Shown here: one piece after another, positions 19,265 to 28,289 of the stretch | Numbering within the stretch: the first letter of the stretch is position 1 | How the letters are laid out: the number at the start of each line of letters is the position of its first letter | Assembly: GCA_003601695.1 (NCBI GenBank) | Contig: PIYH01000001.1 | Coordinates: 1-39,069, forward strand | Reading direction: 5' to 3' | DNA from: Candidatus Bathyarchaeota archaeon | GTDB lineage: Archaea; Thermoproteota; Bathyarchaeia; Bathyarchaeales; DTEX01 | DNA: 39,069 nt | The notes under the pieces: model-generated | Databases searched by the model: none | Seen by the model: only the letters and a program-made list of their open reading frames with translations | Told to the model about the DNA's origin: nothing | Program-made: the position numbers and the translations under genes

Positions 19265-19764
19265 TGATGAAAATAGCGGGCAAAGCGATAGTTTTCGGAG
19301 ATGACATAAACACTGATGTGATCATTCCAAGCAAATATCTGACAACGTTAGATCCTAAGGAACTCGCTAAACATGCGATGGAAGGGATGGATCCGAGCTT
19401 CGCGGATAAGGCTAAGGAAGGCATAATACTGGTTGCGGGTAAAAACTTTGGATGCGGATCAAGCAGAGAGCAGGCTCCCATAGCTCTGAAATATGCTGGT
19501 GTTAGATGCGTCCTAGCAGAGTTCTTTGCCCGAATATTTTATAGGAACGCCGTAAATATTGGATTGCCTGTTCTTGAGGCTCCCGGAGTCTCTAAGGCAG
19601 TAAATGATGGAGACTTCTTAACTGTGAATCTAGAGAAGGGAGAAATATTGAATGAGACTAAAGGTGAAGTAATGAAGGCTGTTAGGCTTCCCGAATTCAT
19701 TCTTGAAATTCTAAAGGATGGGGGATTAATCAATCATTTAAAAAAGAAGATTGGAGGGAAATAA
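19264..19764 (+). CDS. leuD: 3-isopropylmalate dehydratase small subunit
   Basis: 166 aa with GKNFGCGSSREQAP. Its ATG overlaps the leuC stop (TAATG). Confidence 0.9.
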   Translation: MMKIAGKAIVFGDDINTDVIIPSKYLTTLDPKELAKHAMEGMDPSFADKAKEGIILVAGKNFGCGSSREQAPIALKYAGVRCVLAEFFARIFYRNAVNIGLPVLEAPGVSKAVNDGDFLTVNLEKGEILNETKGEVMKAVRLPEFILEILKDGGLINHLKKKIGGK

Positions 19765-20799
19765 GTGAAGTATAAAGTCGCGTTGATACCTGGAGATGGC
19801 ATAGGTCCAGAACTAACGGAAACAACGCTTATCGTGATGAATGCGGTTCAGAAGAAGATAGGCATAAAGCTAGAATTCGTCGAGTTAGAGGCAGGTGACT
19901 CTTGCTTGGAGAAGAGAGGAATAGCTCTTCCAGAGGAAACCGTAGATGCCATTAAGAGATCTCATGTCTGCCTTAAGGGACCTGTAGGTGAGACAGCCGC
20001 AGACGTTATCGTTAGGCTTCGAATGATGTTTGATCTCTACGCAAATATTCGACCGATAAAGTCTTACCCTGGAGTTCCATGCTTAAGGAATGATATAGAC
20101 TTAGTTTTTGTGCGAGAGAATACTGAGGGGCTCTATAAGGGTTTTGAGTTCAACTTAAACGATGATGTCACAGTTGGGTTGAGGGTGATAACTAGAAGGG
20201 GATGTCAACGTATAGCGAGAAAGGCATTTGAGCTAGCCTTGAAGAGGAATAAGAAGAAAAAAGTAACGGCTATCCATAAGGCAAACGTGATGAAGAAGAC
20301 ATGCGGGCTTTTCGCTCAAGTCTGCAGAGAGGTTGCAAGGGAATATCCGGATGTGAGTTTTAATGAGCAGTATGTTGACGCCGCCTCCATGAGGCTCATA
20401 AAGGAACCTCAAAAGTACGATGTCATCGTAACTACAAATATGTTTGGCGATATCTTGTCAGATGAAGCAGCTCAGCTCGTCGGCGGGCTTGGCATGGCTC
20501 CGGGAGGAAATGTGGGTGATGACTTCGCCATTTTTGAACCCGTCCACGGCTCCGCGCCAACGAGGGTAGGCAAGCATACCGCCAATCCATGCTCAATGAT
20601 GCTTGCCGCCAAAATGATGCTTGAGTGGCTCAGCGAAAGATACGGCGATCCGCTCTGCTTAAAAGCAGCTGAGAGCGTCGAATGGGGGATGTCTCAAGTG
20701 CTGAAAGAAGGCTTAACAATACCTGATTTTGGAGGGAACCTAAAGACTATGGAGATGGGTGAGGCGATAGCTCAGAAGATCGCCGAGATGAGATCATAA
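19765..20799 (+). CDS. leuB: 3-isopropylmalate dehydrogenase
   Basis: 344 aa with IPGDGIGPE, VRENTEGLY and NMFGDILSDEAAQLVGGLGMAPGGN. The GTG start immediately follows the leuD stop. Confidence 0.9.
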   Translation: MKYKVALIPGDGIGPELTETTLIVMNAVQKKIGIKLEFVELEAGDSCLEKRGIALPEETVDAIKRSHVCLKGPVGETAADVIVRLRMMFDLYANIRPIKSYPGVPCLRNDIDLVFVRENTEGLYKGFEFNLNDDVTVGLRVITRRGCQRIARKAFELALKRNKKKKVTAIHKANVMKKTCGLFAQVCREVAREYPDVSFNEQYVDAASMRLIKEPQKYDVIVTTNMFGDILSDEAAQLVGGLGMAPGGNVGDDFAIFEPVHGSAPTRVGKHTANPCSMMLAAKMMLEWLSERYGDPLCLKAAESVEWGMSQVLKEGLTIPDFGGNLKTMEMGEAIAQKIAEMRS

Positions 20800-20832
20800 A
20801 TCGTTTCATTTTGAGAATTGAAGTGTGAAATT

Positions 20833-22350
20833 ATGGATTATATCCGCATATTTGATACAACCCTAAGAGATGGGGAACAGACGCCGGGCGTCTCATTCAC
20901 TCCCGAAGAGAAGCTCGAGATAGCTCAGCAACTCGATAGGCTTGGAGTGGACACGATCGAAGTTGGTTTTCCATCAGCGTCTAAAGGGGAGAAACTAGCC
21001 TTCAGAGAAATAATCAACGCTGGGTTGAAGGCTGAGATCTGTGCTTTAGCCCGTACAATAAAGAGTGATATTGACGCGGCTTTGAAATGCGACGTTCCAT
21101 ACATTCACACTTTCATATCGACATCTGATGTTCACATAAAGCATGCTCTAGGAATGACTAGAGAGCAAGTTTTGGAAGCCGCTGTTAATTCGGTCGAATA
21201 TATAAAAGACCATGGAGCTACATGTGAATTCTCACCTATGGATGCCACTAGAACTGAGATGGATTTTCTGAAGAGGGTGTGTAAGGCAGCTGAGGAGGCT
21301 GGAGCTGACAGAATAAATATTCCAGACACTGTTGGAATAATGACCCCGCATGGAATGGAGAAGATTATTCGGGAGCTAAAAACCGTACTGAAAACTCCTT
21401 TAAGCGTGCATTGCCACAATGATTTCGGCTTAGCCGTTGCGAACTCGCTGGCTGGAGTTGTCGGGGGAGCATGTCAGATCCACGTTACCGTAAATGGAAT
21501 CGGGGAGAGAGCTGGAAACGCGGCTTTAGAGGAAGTTGTGATGGGCCTTCATATGCTCTATAATAAAAGAACAGGCATTAATACAAGCTTACTCTATATA
21601 ACATCTAAGCTTATATCTCGATTAACGGGGATAATAATTCAGCCAAACAAGGCAATTGTGGGAGAGAATGCCTTCTCACATGAGTCAGGCATACATACGA
21701 GGGGAGTTACCGTTGAGCCTCTCACCTTCGAACCCTTCAGTCCAGAGATAGTCGGTAGGAGAAGGAAGCTTCAGGCCGGAAAGCTCGCTGGGAGGCATGG
21801 TATAAGAGCTGAACTTAAGGAAGCCGGCCTTCATCCGACTGAGGCTCAACTTAAAGAAATTGTTCAGCGGGTTAAGGATCTCGGGGACAAAGGCAAAACC
21901 GTCACCGACGCAGATCTGCTTGCGATAGCTAGGACTGTTATTGGAGAAGTAACCGAGGAAAAGATTGTGGAGTTAACGGATTTCGCTGTTACAACTGGCA
22001 TAAGAGTGATACCAACGGCTTCAGTTAAGCTCGTAATCGATGGGAAAGAGTATATAGCTGCCGAGACTGGTGTGGGACCTATCGACGCCGCGATAAAGGC
22101 GATTCAGAAAATAACTGATAGGCTTGCAAACGTTAGATTGACTGAGTATCGTCTTGAGGCTTTAACTGGAGGATCGGATGCCGTAGCTGAAGTAGTAATA
22201 AAAGTTGAGGATGACAAGGGAAATGTCGTCTCGGCTAGAGGGGCTAGGGAGGACATAGTTATGGCTAGCGTTGAAGCGATGATAAATGGAATAAATAAGA
22301 TACTTCTAAAGAAGAGAAGAGAGAAGGATCTATCCAAATCTTTCTATTAG
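20833..22350 (+). CDS. leuA: 2-isopropylmalate synthase (paralog 2, canonical LeuA-like)
   Basis: The ORF track starts at TTG 20818. ATG at 20833 gives MDYIRIFDTTLRDGEQ, the usual N-terminus. It has the canonical blocks HTFISTSDVHIKH, INIPDTVGIMTP, HCHNDFGLAVANSLAG and NGIGERAGNAALEEVVMGL, plus the C-terminal LeuA-dimer domain. Confidence 0.9.
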   Translation: MDYIRIFDTTLRDGEQTPGVSFTPEEKLEIAQQLDRLGVDTIEVGFPSASKGEKLAFREIINAGLKAEICALARTIKSDIDAALKCDVPYIHTFISTSDVHIKHALGMTREQVLEAAVNSVEYIKDHGATCEFSPMDATRTEMDFLKRVCKAAEEAGADRINIPDTVGIMTPHGMEKIIRELKTVLKTPLSVHCHNDFGLAVANSLAGVVGGACQIHVTVNGIGERAGNAALEEVVMGLHMLYNKRTGINTSLLYITSKLISRLTGIIIQPNKAIVGENAFSHESGIHTRGVTVEPLTFEPFSPEIVGRRRKLQAGKLAGRHGIRAELKEAGLHPTEAQLKEIVQRVKDLGDKGKTVTDADLLAIARTVIGEVTEEKIVELTDFAVTTGIRVIPTASVKLVIDGKEYIAAETGVGPIDAAIKAIQKITDRLANVRLTEYRLEALTGGSDAVAEVVIKVEDDKGNVVSARGAREDIVMASVEAMINGINKILLKKRREKDLSKSFY

Positions 22351-23409
22351 AATCTTTACTATTCTTTTTCCTGCTTTTCCATCCCCAAACGGGTTTGGCC
22401 AGTTACATTTTCTTTTAAGCATCATCTCCGCCTTCTCAGCTATTGATTCGGGATCAACTCCAGCTAGAATGTTAGATTTCACCTCTAATGTCTCAGGACG
22501 CTCCGTATTATATCTTAAGGTTACGCATGGAACTTGAAGGATGCATGCTTCCTCCTGAACCCCTCCTGAATCAGTAAGTATGAGCCTCGCATTCTTTTCT
22601 AGAAGGAGAAAGTCCAGATAGTCTAACGGATTAATCAGCGTTAACCCTTCTGGTTTTAGGTTGAACTCTCTCATCCTCTTAGCTGCTCTTGGATGAACGG
22701 GATATATTATTGGATATCCGAGGCGTTCATGAACCGATGTTAAGCCTTTAAGTATTTTACTGAACCTTTCCTTATTGTCAACATTCTCTTGGCGGTGCAC
22801 TGTTACTAGAAGGTATCTTCGCTCTTCTACTTCTAGCTCGTCCATGAGACCCCTTCTACTTTCGGCGAGTCTTAAGTTTCTATACAGAGCATCAACAATC
22901 GTGTTTCCGGTGACATATATCCAGTCATTAGGGATTCCTTCCCCTAGAAGAATTTGTCTCGCCTTCTCCGTTGGGGCGAAAAGTACATCCGAGCAGTGAT
23001 CTACGAGGCGTCGGTTGATCTCCTCCGGCATGCTACGATCATAGCTTCTAAGTCCAGCTTCAACATGCCCTATTGGAATCCTTAGCTTAGCAGCCGATAA
23101 AGCTCCTGCCAGCGTGGTGTTCGTGTCTCCCTGCACGATCACGACATCGGACGATTCTTCCTTCAATATCTTCTCTATACCTATAAGCATCCTTCCAGTC
23201 TGTAAGCCATGGGATCCTGAGTTCACATCTAGATTATATCGGGCTTCCGGCAGACCGAGCTGCTCAAAGAAGACTCTATCCATGCTATATGAATAGTGCT
23301 GTCCACTATGAAGTATGAAGTACTCCAGTCCTGAACGTTCAAGCTCGAGTATTACTGGGGAGAGCTTTATGATCTCTGGACGTGTTCCTAGGATTACTGA
23401 GACCTTCAT
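22330..23409 (-). CDS. wecB: UDP-N-acetylglucosamine 2-epimerase (non-hydrolysing)
   Basis: 359 aa with MKVSVILGTRPEIIKLSPV, VQGDTNTTL, HVEAGLRS and DSGGVQEEA. Its 3' end overlaps the leuA 3' end by 21 nt (convergent). Confidence 0.9.
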   Translation of the reverse strand: MKVSVILGTRPEIIKLSPVILELERSGLEYFILHSGQHYSYSMDRVFFEQLGLPEARYNLDVNSGSHGLQTGRMLIGIEKILKEESSDVVIVQGDTNTTLAGALSAAKLRIPIGHVEAGLRSYDRSMPEEINRRLVDHCSDVLFAPTEKARQILLGEGIPNDWIYVTGNTIVDALYRNLRLAESRRGLMDELEVEERRYLLVTVHRQENVDNKERFSKILKGLTSVHERLGYPIIYPVHPRAAKRMREFNLKPEGLTLINPLDYLDFLLLEKNARLILTDSGGVQEEACILQVPCVTLRYNTERPETLEVKSNILAGVDPESIAEKAEMMLKRKCNWPNPFGDGKAGKRIVKILIERFG

Positions 23410-23438
23410 TGGAGAGCTCCCGCTGGATCCATATCATG

Positions 23439-23735
23439 CTACTTCTGGATTCTCCGACATTTAAAGATGACCGTTCCTCCCGAAGTGTAGGGTTCTCCCG
23501 GGTCGACACATTGTATATAAGCGTGTTCTCTATCTTCAGACTTAGTTAGCCCCAGCTCCACTGGATCTACCCCTCGATCAAGCGCGACTACATAGTGTAG
23601 AAGTGTTGATAATGCGTGGATACAAATAGCGTCTGTCTTCTCAAGTATCAGGTTTGGCCCGTCAATTAGGATCCTGTCGCCGACTTTATGCACAGGACAG
23701 CGCCCCCTTATCTCATGAACCATTATCTCAAGCAT
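23439..23735 (-). CDS. small Cys/His-containing protein resembling the TIGR04076 family (function unknown)
   Basis: The pattern GRCPVHKVGDRILIDGP...ICIHALSTLLHYVVAL...YIQCVDPGE...VIFKCRRI matches what I recall of TIGR04076 (CP.HKVGD, IC.HAL, C.DP). The ORF track begins at 23765. ATG at 23735 has a better-spaced GGAG upstream and gives ~98 aa. Confidence 0.55.
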   Translation of the reverse strand: MLEIMVHEIRGRCPVHKVGDRILIDGPNLILEKTDAICIHALSTLLHYVVALDRGVDPVELGLTKSEDREHAYIQCVDPGEPYTSGGTVIFKCRRIQK

Positions 23736-23987
23736 CTTATCATCTCCGAGACCATAGATATTCATTCCTTATGTTAAGAATTATTAAGTTTTGTCTGATT
23801 CTGATAATCCTATAAGGAATTTTATAAATAGGAACGTGATAAATCACTTTACTATTAAGGTGAAGGTGAGCTGGAAGCCTCTGAGGTAGCAACAGGATCA
23901 ATATACCTGACGCTGCAGAATATTCTTTCAACGGTTATAGGAGCTGTTGGACTCGCGTTTCTAGCAAGAATTATTACTCAAGAGGAT

Positions 23988-25397
23988 ATGGGCGTATTAG
24001 CTATTCTATCTCTTCTGCTCGCCGTCATTCAGATAATCTCTGGCTTCGCCGTCACGCAAGCATTAGCCAAGTATGTTGCAGAGCTTAAGGGTAAGGGGGA
24101 AGATTTCTCAGCGCATTTCCTCTCCGCCTTAACCCTCAAGGCCTCATCAGCCCTAATTATCTGCCTGATTTTCTACCCTATTTCCGAAATCGTTTCTTCT
24201 ACGCTTCTTAAGTCAACGTCACTTCACGTCCTCATAAAGCTAGCCCTTCTAGACGCGTTCATCTCGGCTTTTATACCTGTATTTAGTAGCTTACTGTTAG
24301 GCGTCGGATTGCTTAGAAGGATGGCCTTGTGTAATATATTCTCCTCAATCGCCCGGTGGACGGGAATAGTTACCTTTGCATATCTCGGCTATGGCTTATA
24401 CGGCGCAGTTTTAGGCTGGGTGGTAGGTGACCTCTTCGGCGCGGTTATATATGCGGTTGTCTCAGTCAGCCTTGTAAGGATAGATGGCGACATGTTTAGG
24501 AAGTCAGTTCGTCTCATACATCCGCTTTTAGGGTTTTCCTGGCCTCTTCTCGTCGCTTCAATAGTTGCATTTATCTATGCACGGTATGATCAAGCCTTGG
24601 TGATAGCTTTTCTACCCCTAGGCGACGTTGGCGTTTATAATATTAGTTGTAAAGCCTTTGGGGTTATTAGTGGAATCGCGCTTGCTCTTGGGCAGTCTCT
24701 TTTTCCATATTATGGCATGACTTATGGTAAGGGGAGACATGAAGATATTAGTAATGCCATCAGGAGGGCGAGTAGATACATGATGCTGATAATGTTCCCG
24801 CTGAGTTTGGGTTTAGCATCTACAGCGAGACCCGTGATCACATTATTTGCTGGAAACCAGTATGAGCCGGGATGGTCAGTTCTCGCAATTATGTCAGTCT
24901 TCGGCTTGGTATATGGGATTCAGCCAGCATTTTCAGGGCTTCTTATAATATACGAGAGAACCAAGACTGTTATGTTCATTAATATAATGTCTGTTCTCGT
25001 CAGCCTTGTTCTCCTTCCAATCGTCGGAATTTTAGGGCTTAACGGCTTAGCATTAATAAAGGGAATTTCCCTACTGGCTACTCTTATCCTGAACGTTATT
25101 TTCGTCTCTAAGGTTGTTAGGGTTGAGGTTGACAGGGAAGTGCTTGCTAAGGCCTCAGCCTCAGCCTCAATCATGGCTACAGTTGTATTCTTCATCCAGC
25201 AGGTTTACTACAGTAAGTTTCTCCTTCCATTCTATGTTTTAGCCGGAGCGGCTACGTATTTTCTCGGAATAAGAGCCTTAAAGGTTGTAGATGACTCTGA
25301 TATTCAGTTGCTCACGCAGATAATCGGAGAGAGAAGTGCTCTCCTAATTGGTAGAATTGCAGGTTGTAAAAGAGACAACCGGAAAAGACGAGTATAA
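23988..25397 (+). CDS. polysaccharide/oligosaccharide flippase (MOP superfamily, Wzx/AglR-like); the true N-terminus probably lies upstream
   Basis: 469 aa and highly hydrophobic, with about 12 or more predicted TM segments by eye. The in-frame upstream sequence back to 23859 (..EASEVATGSIYLTLQNILSTVIGAVGLAFLARIITQEDM) looks like the conserved first TM of this family, but it has no ATG/GTG/TTG. Confidence 0.8.
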   Translation: MGVLAILSLLLAVIQIISGFAVTQALAKYVAELKGKGEDFSAHFLSALTLKASSALIICLIFYPISEIVSSTLLKSTSLHVLIKLALLDAFISAFIPVFSSLLLGVGLLRRMALCNIFSSIARWTGIVTFAYLGYGLYGAVLGWVVGDLFGAVIYAVVSVSLVRIDGDMFRKSVRLIHPLLGFSWPLLVASIVAFIYARYDQALVIAFLPLGDVGVYNISCKAFGVISGIALALGQSLFPYYGMTYGKGRHEDISNAIRRASRYMMLIMFPLSLGLASTARPVITLFAGNQYEPGWSVLAIMSVFGLVYGIQPAFSGLLIIYERTKTVMFINIMSVLVSLVLLPIVGILGLNGLALIKGISLLATLILNVIFVSKVVRVEVDREVLAKASASASIMATVVFFIQQVYYSKFLLPFYVLAGAATYFLGIRALKVVDDSDIQLLTQIIGERSALLIGRIAGCKRDNRKRRV

Positions 25398-25410
25398 ACT
25401 CATATTTGAC

Positions 25411-25436
25411 CTCGTTTTTTGAATACATAAAAATTG
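25411..25436. terminator. bidirectional T-rich/A-rich tract between convergent genes
   Basis: A T6 run at 25415-25420 follows the flippase stop. taaaaat at 25428-25434 is a T5 run on the minus strand after the surface-protein stop. Archaeal termination typically uses oligo-T. Not verified. Confidence 0.3.
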
Positions 25437-25462
25437 GGGGGTTATATGATGTGTTTTCCAGC

Positions 25463-28213
25463 TTATCCAGCTATCTTCCTCTGTAGGAAGACGATGGACA
25501 TTATGGCTGCGACCGCCGCTATGAGCGACAGGATAACGGCGAGGTACACGGCCGTTGAGATTCCGCCTACCGCTGACTGGGCTGCTGAAGCTGCTTCTGA
25601 AGCATCCTTAGCGGCTGATTGAGCCTCTGAGACCGCCGTTGAGAGACTATCGATGTCTCCCTCAACCTTGTCTAGAGAGCTGCTTAAGTCGCTGACTAAA
25701 TCCTTTAGATTCTTTACGCTGTCACTTAGGCTACTTATATCCGATGCTTGACCCTCAACGAGGTCGCTTAGGTCTGAGACGGTCTTGGATAAGTCCGCTA
25801 GGTCGCTCTTCAGTCTAGATACGTCTTCGCTCAGCGTGGAGAGCGTCGGCTTCTCAACTACCTCAAATGTGCCCTCAACGAGCACGTCCATTATGGTTGC
25901 GTTCCAGACCCACGTGCCGAGCTCAGCGTCTGATGGAAGTAGGTAGGTAGCCGTTCCAGTGTAGTAGCTTCCCTTCTTCGTCTCAAGATCTAAGTCGGTT
26001 ATCTCAGTCTTGAATCCGCTTGGAGTGTACAGGTTTATCACTTGATCAAGCACTTCGAATTCGCACTCAGCGAAGAACATGACGGTGTCTCCCGGCATAT
26101 ACTCGGCCGCTCCGGTGTAAACTTTTACATACGGCTTGATAACTTCGAATGTTGCCTGCGCATATAAGCCGTTAGCATCCGTGGCATTTATGTAGTAAGT
26201 CCCGAGCGCAAAATCTACCGGAAGTTTAAATGTTCCTTCGAAGCTACCTGAAGCATCCGTCTTCTCCTTTTCAAAGCCATCTGCTGCTGTGATATACTCC
26301 CATAGATCATATTCCTTGGAGACTTCTCCCTCATCCGTCACATTGTAAATCTTCAATGTTAGGGCTGTACCCTCCTCCGCTGTGAAGTATCTGAGCTTGA
26401 TCGATACTGAGGTATCTGTAGGCGCACTTGAAGGATCAACCGTTATCTCCGTGATTGCGGTTACATCGAATGTCTCCTCAGCCTTTATTCCAGTCTCATC
26501 CATGACCGTTATCGTGCATATGCCAGCTGGAACTGTTGGTATGTAGGCATACTTGTCTATTTCACCTGTACTAGAAGTCTTATTGTCTCCGACCAGTACC
26601 AGAAGCTTTCCGTCTATCGTAGCGTTGAATTCTGTGTCGGCGCTGAATCCGCTGGCAACTATGTGGATCTTCGTCCCGGTTGGGCCGGATTCTGGAAGTA
26701 TCGTCATCGTGGTTATGTAAGATTCAAATGTTGTTGAGGCAGATAGGTCATATGAATCCGTAGCCGTAATTGTGTATGTTCCTGGAACATCTGGAGCGGT
26801 TAATGTAGCTGTGAATTCACCGTTCTCCGTGGTATTCACTTTTGCATAGGACAACATTGTTCCGAAGTCTATCGTGACAACGACATCCTTAATGGCGGTG
26901 AAGTTGTATCCCTTAACCGTTATAGTTTCTCCTGGAGAGCCTACAGCTGGAGTAACCTCTATTGCAGTTTTACCAGTCACCTCGAATGACGCGGTTGCCC
27001 AGTAATTTTCATCGCTTGCATTCACTGTATAAGTGTCTTTATCCAGTGTTGGAACAACGAATTTTCCGGTGAATATTCCGCTACTATTAGCCTGAATCGC
27101 CTCCACCGTCTTGCATGTCACGCCGCCCATTTCTATCGTTACGTTACCATTCGCGGTGAAGCCCTCACCAGTTATATCCACAACCTTTCCTGAAGGACCT
27201 TCAGTGGGGCTCAACGTTATCATCGGCTTTAATGTCACCGTTGCCTCTGCCTCGTTTCCATCCTCATCCACAGCCTTTATCGTGTAGTCTCCATAGACGA
27301 CATTGCCGCTATCGATGGTTTTCGGAACCTCGAATGTGCAATTGAAGCTTCCCTTATCATCCGTCTCAACGGTTTCTGGAGAAGTTGTCAAGGTAGTTAA
27401 AACTGTGCTGTCATTAAGCATTGTAAGCGTTATTTCCTGATTGGCGGCGAAGCCCGTACCCGTAACCGTGACGGTCTTTTCTGGGAGGGTAGCGGTCGGT
27501 GAAAGAGTGATCTCAGCTGTCAATGTATAAGTCTCTATGAATAGAGTTTCGCCGGCTTCACGGTCATAAACTAGGATGCTGTATGTTCCTGCAGGCGAGT
27601 CGGGTGTCTTCACGGTGAAGCTGAATGATCTGTCAGCCTTCGCGTAGGCCTCGCCTATCTTGTTCGCAAGATTCTCCCAGTAAACCTCAACTAAGCCGCC
27701 TGGCGTGGTGGCCCAGCCGCCTACAAGTATCTCGTCTCCTTTATGACCAGACTTTGGATATATGCTGGCTACAACATCGAATGGTTCAGAGTCCCATTCA
27801 CCATCATCAACATATCCATTATTATTTTTGTCCTGCCATGCAACGAAATAGTATACGGTGCCCGGCGGTAGGCTTGGCACCGTAACATCAACTTTGTATT
27901 CAGTAGTGGTACCTTCAATCGGAGACTCAACAGTGGCTAAAAGTTCACCCTGCATTCCATATCCATATCCTTCTCCAGCGACATCTGGAACCTGATCCGC
28001 CTTACACCAATAAATCTTAACTGGATATGTCGAGTTTATTACTTGAGTTGTATTACCGCTGACAGTTACACTGACCCCCATGGGTCCTTCACTTAGCGAT
28101 GTTTTATAAATTAGATTGGGATCTTTTGATGCTGCTACAGGAGGCACTGGGATCGCCAGAATCGAAACTATCAGAAGAGTCGTTATCAGAGATGAAAGTA
28201 TCTTCTTATTCAA
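25463..28213 (-). CDS. large secreted, C-terminally membrane-anchored surface (glyco)protein; candidate S-layer protein
   Basis: 916 aa with a TTG start and GGAGAG upstream. It has an N-terminal signal peptide (KKILSSLITTLLIVSILAIPVPPVAAS). At least five ~85-95-aa Ig-like repeats follow the pattern I.L/V.P..G..G..V.V.G.GF.A (IPT/TIG-like). I count 14 N-x-S/T sequons. A Ser/Asp/Leu-rich coiled-coil stalk (LSEDVSRLKSDLADLSKTVSDLSDLVEG...) is followed by a C-terminal TM (AVYLAVILSLIAAVAAIMSIVFL) and a basic tail. Confidence 0.85.
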   Translation of the reverse strand: MNKKILSSLITTLLIVSILAIPVPPVAASKDPNLIYKTSLSEGPMGVSVTVSGNTTQVINSTYPVKIYWCKADQVPDVAGEGYGYGMQGELLATVESPIEGTTTEYKVDVTVPSLPPGTVYYFVAWQDKNNNGYVDDGEWDSEPFDVVASIYPKSGHKGDEILVGGWATTPGGLVEVYWENLANKIGEAYAKADRSFSFTVKTPDSPAGTYSILVYDREAGETLFIETYTLTAEITLSPTATLPEKTVTVTGTGFAANQEITLTMLNDSTVLTTLTTSPETVETDDKGSFNCTFEVPKTIDSGNVVYGDYTIKAVDEDGNEAEATVTLKPMITLSPTEGPSGKVVDITGEGFTANGNVTIEMGGVTCKTVEAIQANSSGIFTGKFVVPTLDKDTYTVNASDENYWATASFEVTGKTAIEVTPAVGSPGETITVKGYNFTAIKDVVVTIDFGTMLSYAKVNTTENGEFTATLTAPDVPGTYTITATDSYDLSASTTFESYITTMTILPESGPTGTKIHIVASGFSADTEFNATIDGKLLVLVGDNKTSSTGEIDKYAYIPTVPAGICTITVMDETGIKAEETFDVTAITEITVDPSSAPTDTSVSIKLRYFTAEEGTALTLKIYNVTDEGEVSKEYDLWEYITAADGFEKEKTDASGSFEGTFKLPVDFALGTYYINATDANGLYAQATFEVIKPYVKVYTGAAEYMPGDTVMFFAECEFEVLDQVINLYTPSGFKTEITDLDLETKKGSYYTGTATYLLPSDAELGTWVWNATIMDVLVEGTFEVVEKPTLSTLSEDVSRLKSDLADLSKTVSDLSDLVEGQASDISSLSDSVKNLKDLVSDLSSSLDKVEGDIDSLSTAVSEAQSAAKDASEAASAAQSAVGGISTAVYLAVILSLIAAVAAIMSIVFLQRKIAG

Positions 28214-28263
28214 TAGTATTCTCTCCTCTTTTCTATTTTATTAGTAATCTTTGCCTTGGCAAA

Positions 28264-28278
28264 CATTTATATTTTATG
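28264..28278 (-). promoter_or_regulatory. candidate TATA box/promoter of the surface-protein gene
   Basis: The minus strand reads cATAAAATATAAATg, 51-65 nt upstream of the TTG start. This would leave a ~30-nt leader containing GAGGAG. A small inverted repeat tttgcc-tt-ggcaaa lies between the TATA element and the start. Confidence 0.35.
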
Positions 28279-28289
28279 TAAACAATCCC

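Noticed and set aside
14244-22337. Antisense ORFs within the ilv/leu genes (14244..14438, 15024..15326, 15491..15815, 15920..16138, 16496..17090, 17456..17978, 18379..18618, 19200..19733, 21132..21419, 22104..22337)
   Set aside because: They are embedded opposite strongly conserved enzyme genes. They are shadow ORFs.
22330-22350. 21-nt convergent overlap of the leuA and wecB 3' ends as a possible antisense-regulation feature
   Set aside because: Both stops are fixed by sequence and the overlapping tails are non-conserved, basic extensions. In a compact genome this is most simply explained by chance late stops, and nothing further supports a function.
23740-23931. Minus-strand 63-aa ORF in the region upstream of the flippase
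   Set aside because: It overlaps the plus-strand sequence that encodes the conserved flippase TM1-like peptide and also the promoter region. The Ile/Leu/Arg-rich translation is typical of AT-rich non-coding sequence.
25434-25622. Plus-strand 62-aa ORF and other plus-strand ORFs (27625..27885, 28099..28281) opposite the surface-protein gene
   Set aside because: They are antisense to a 916-aa ORF with a coherent signal peptide, repeats and TM architecture. They are shadows.
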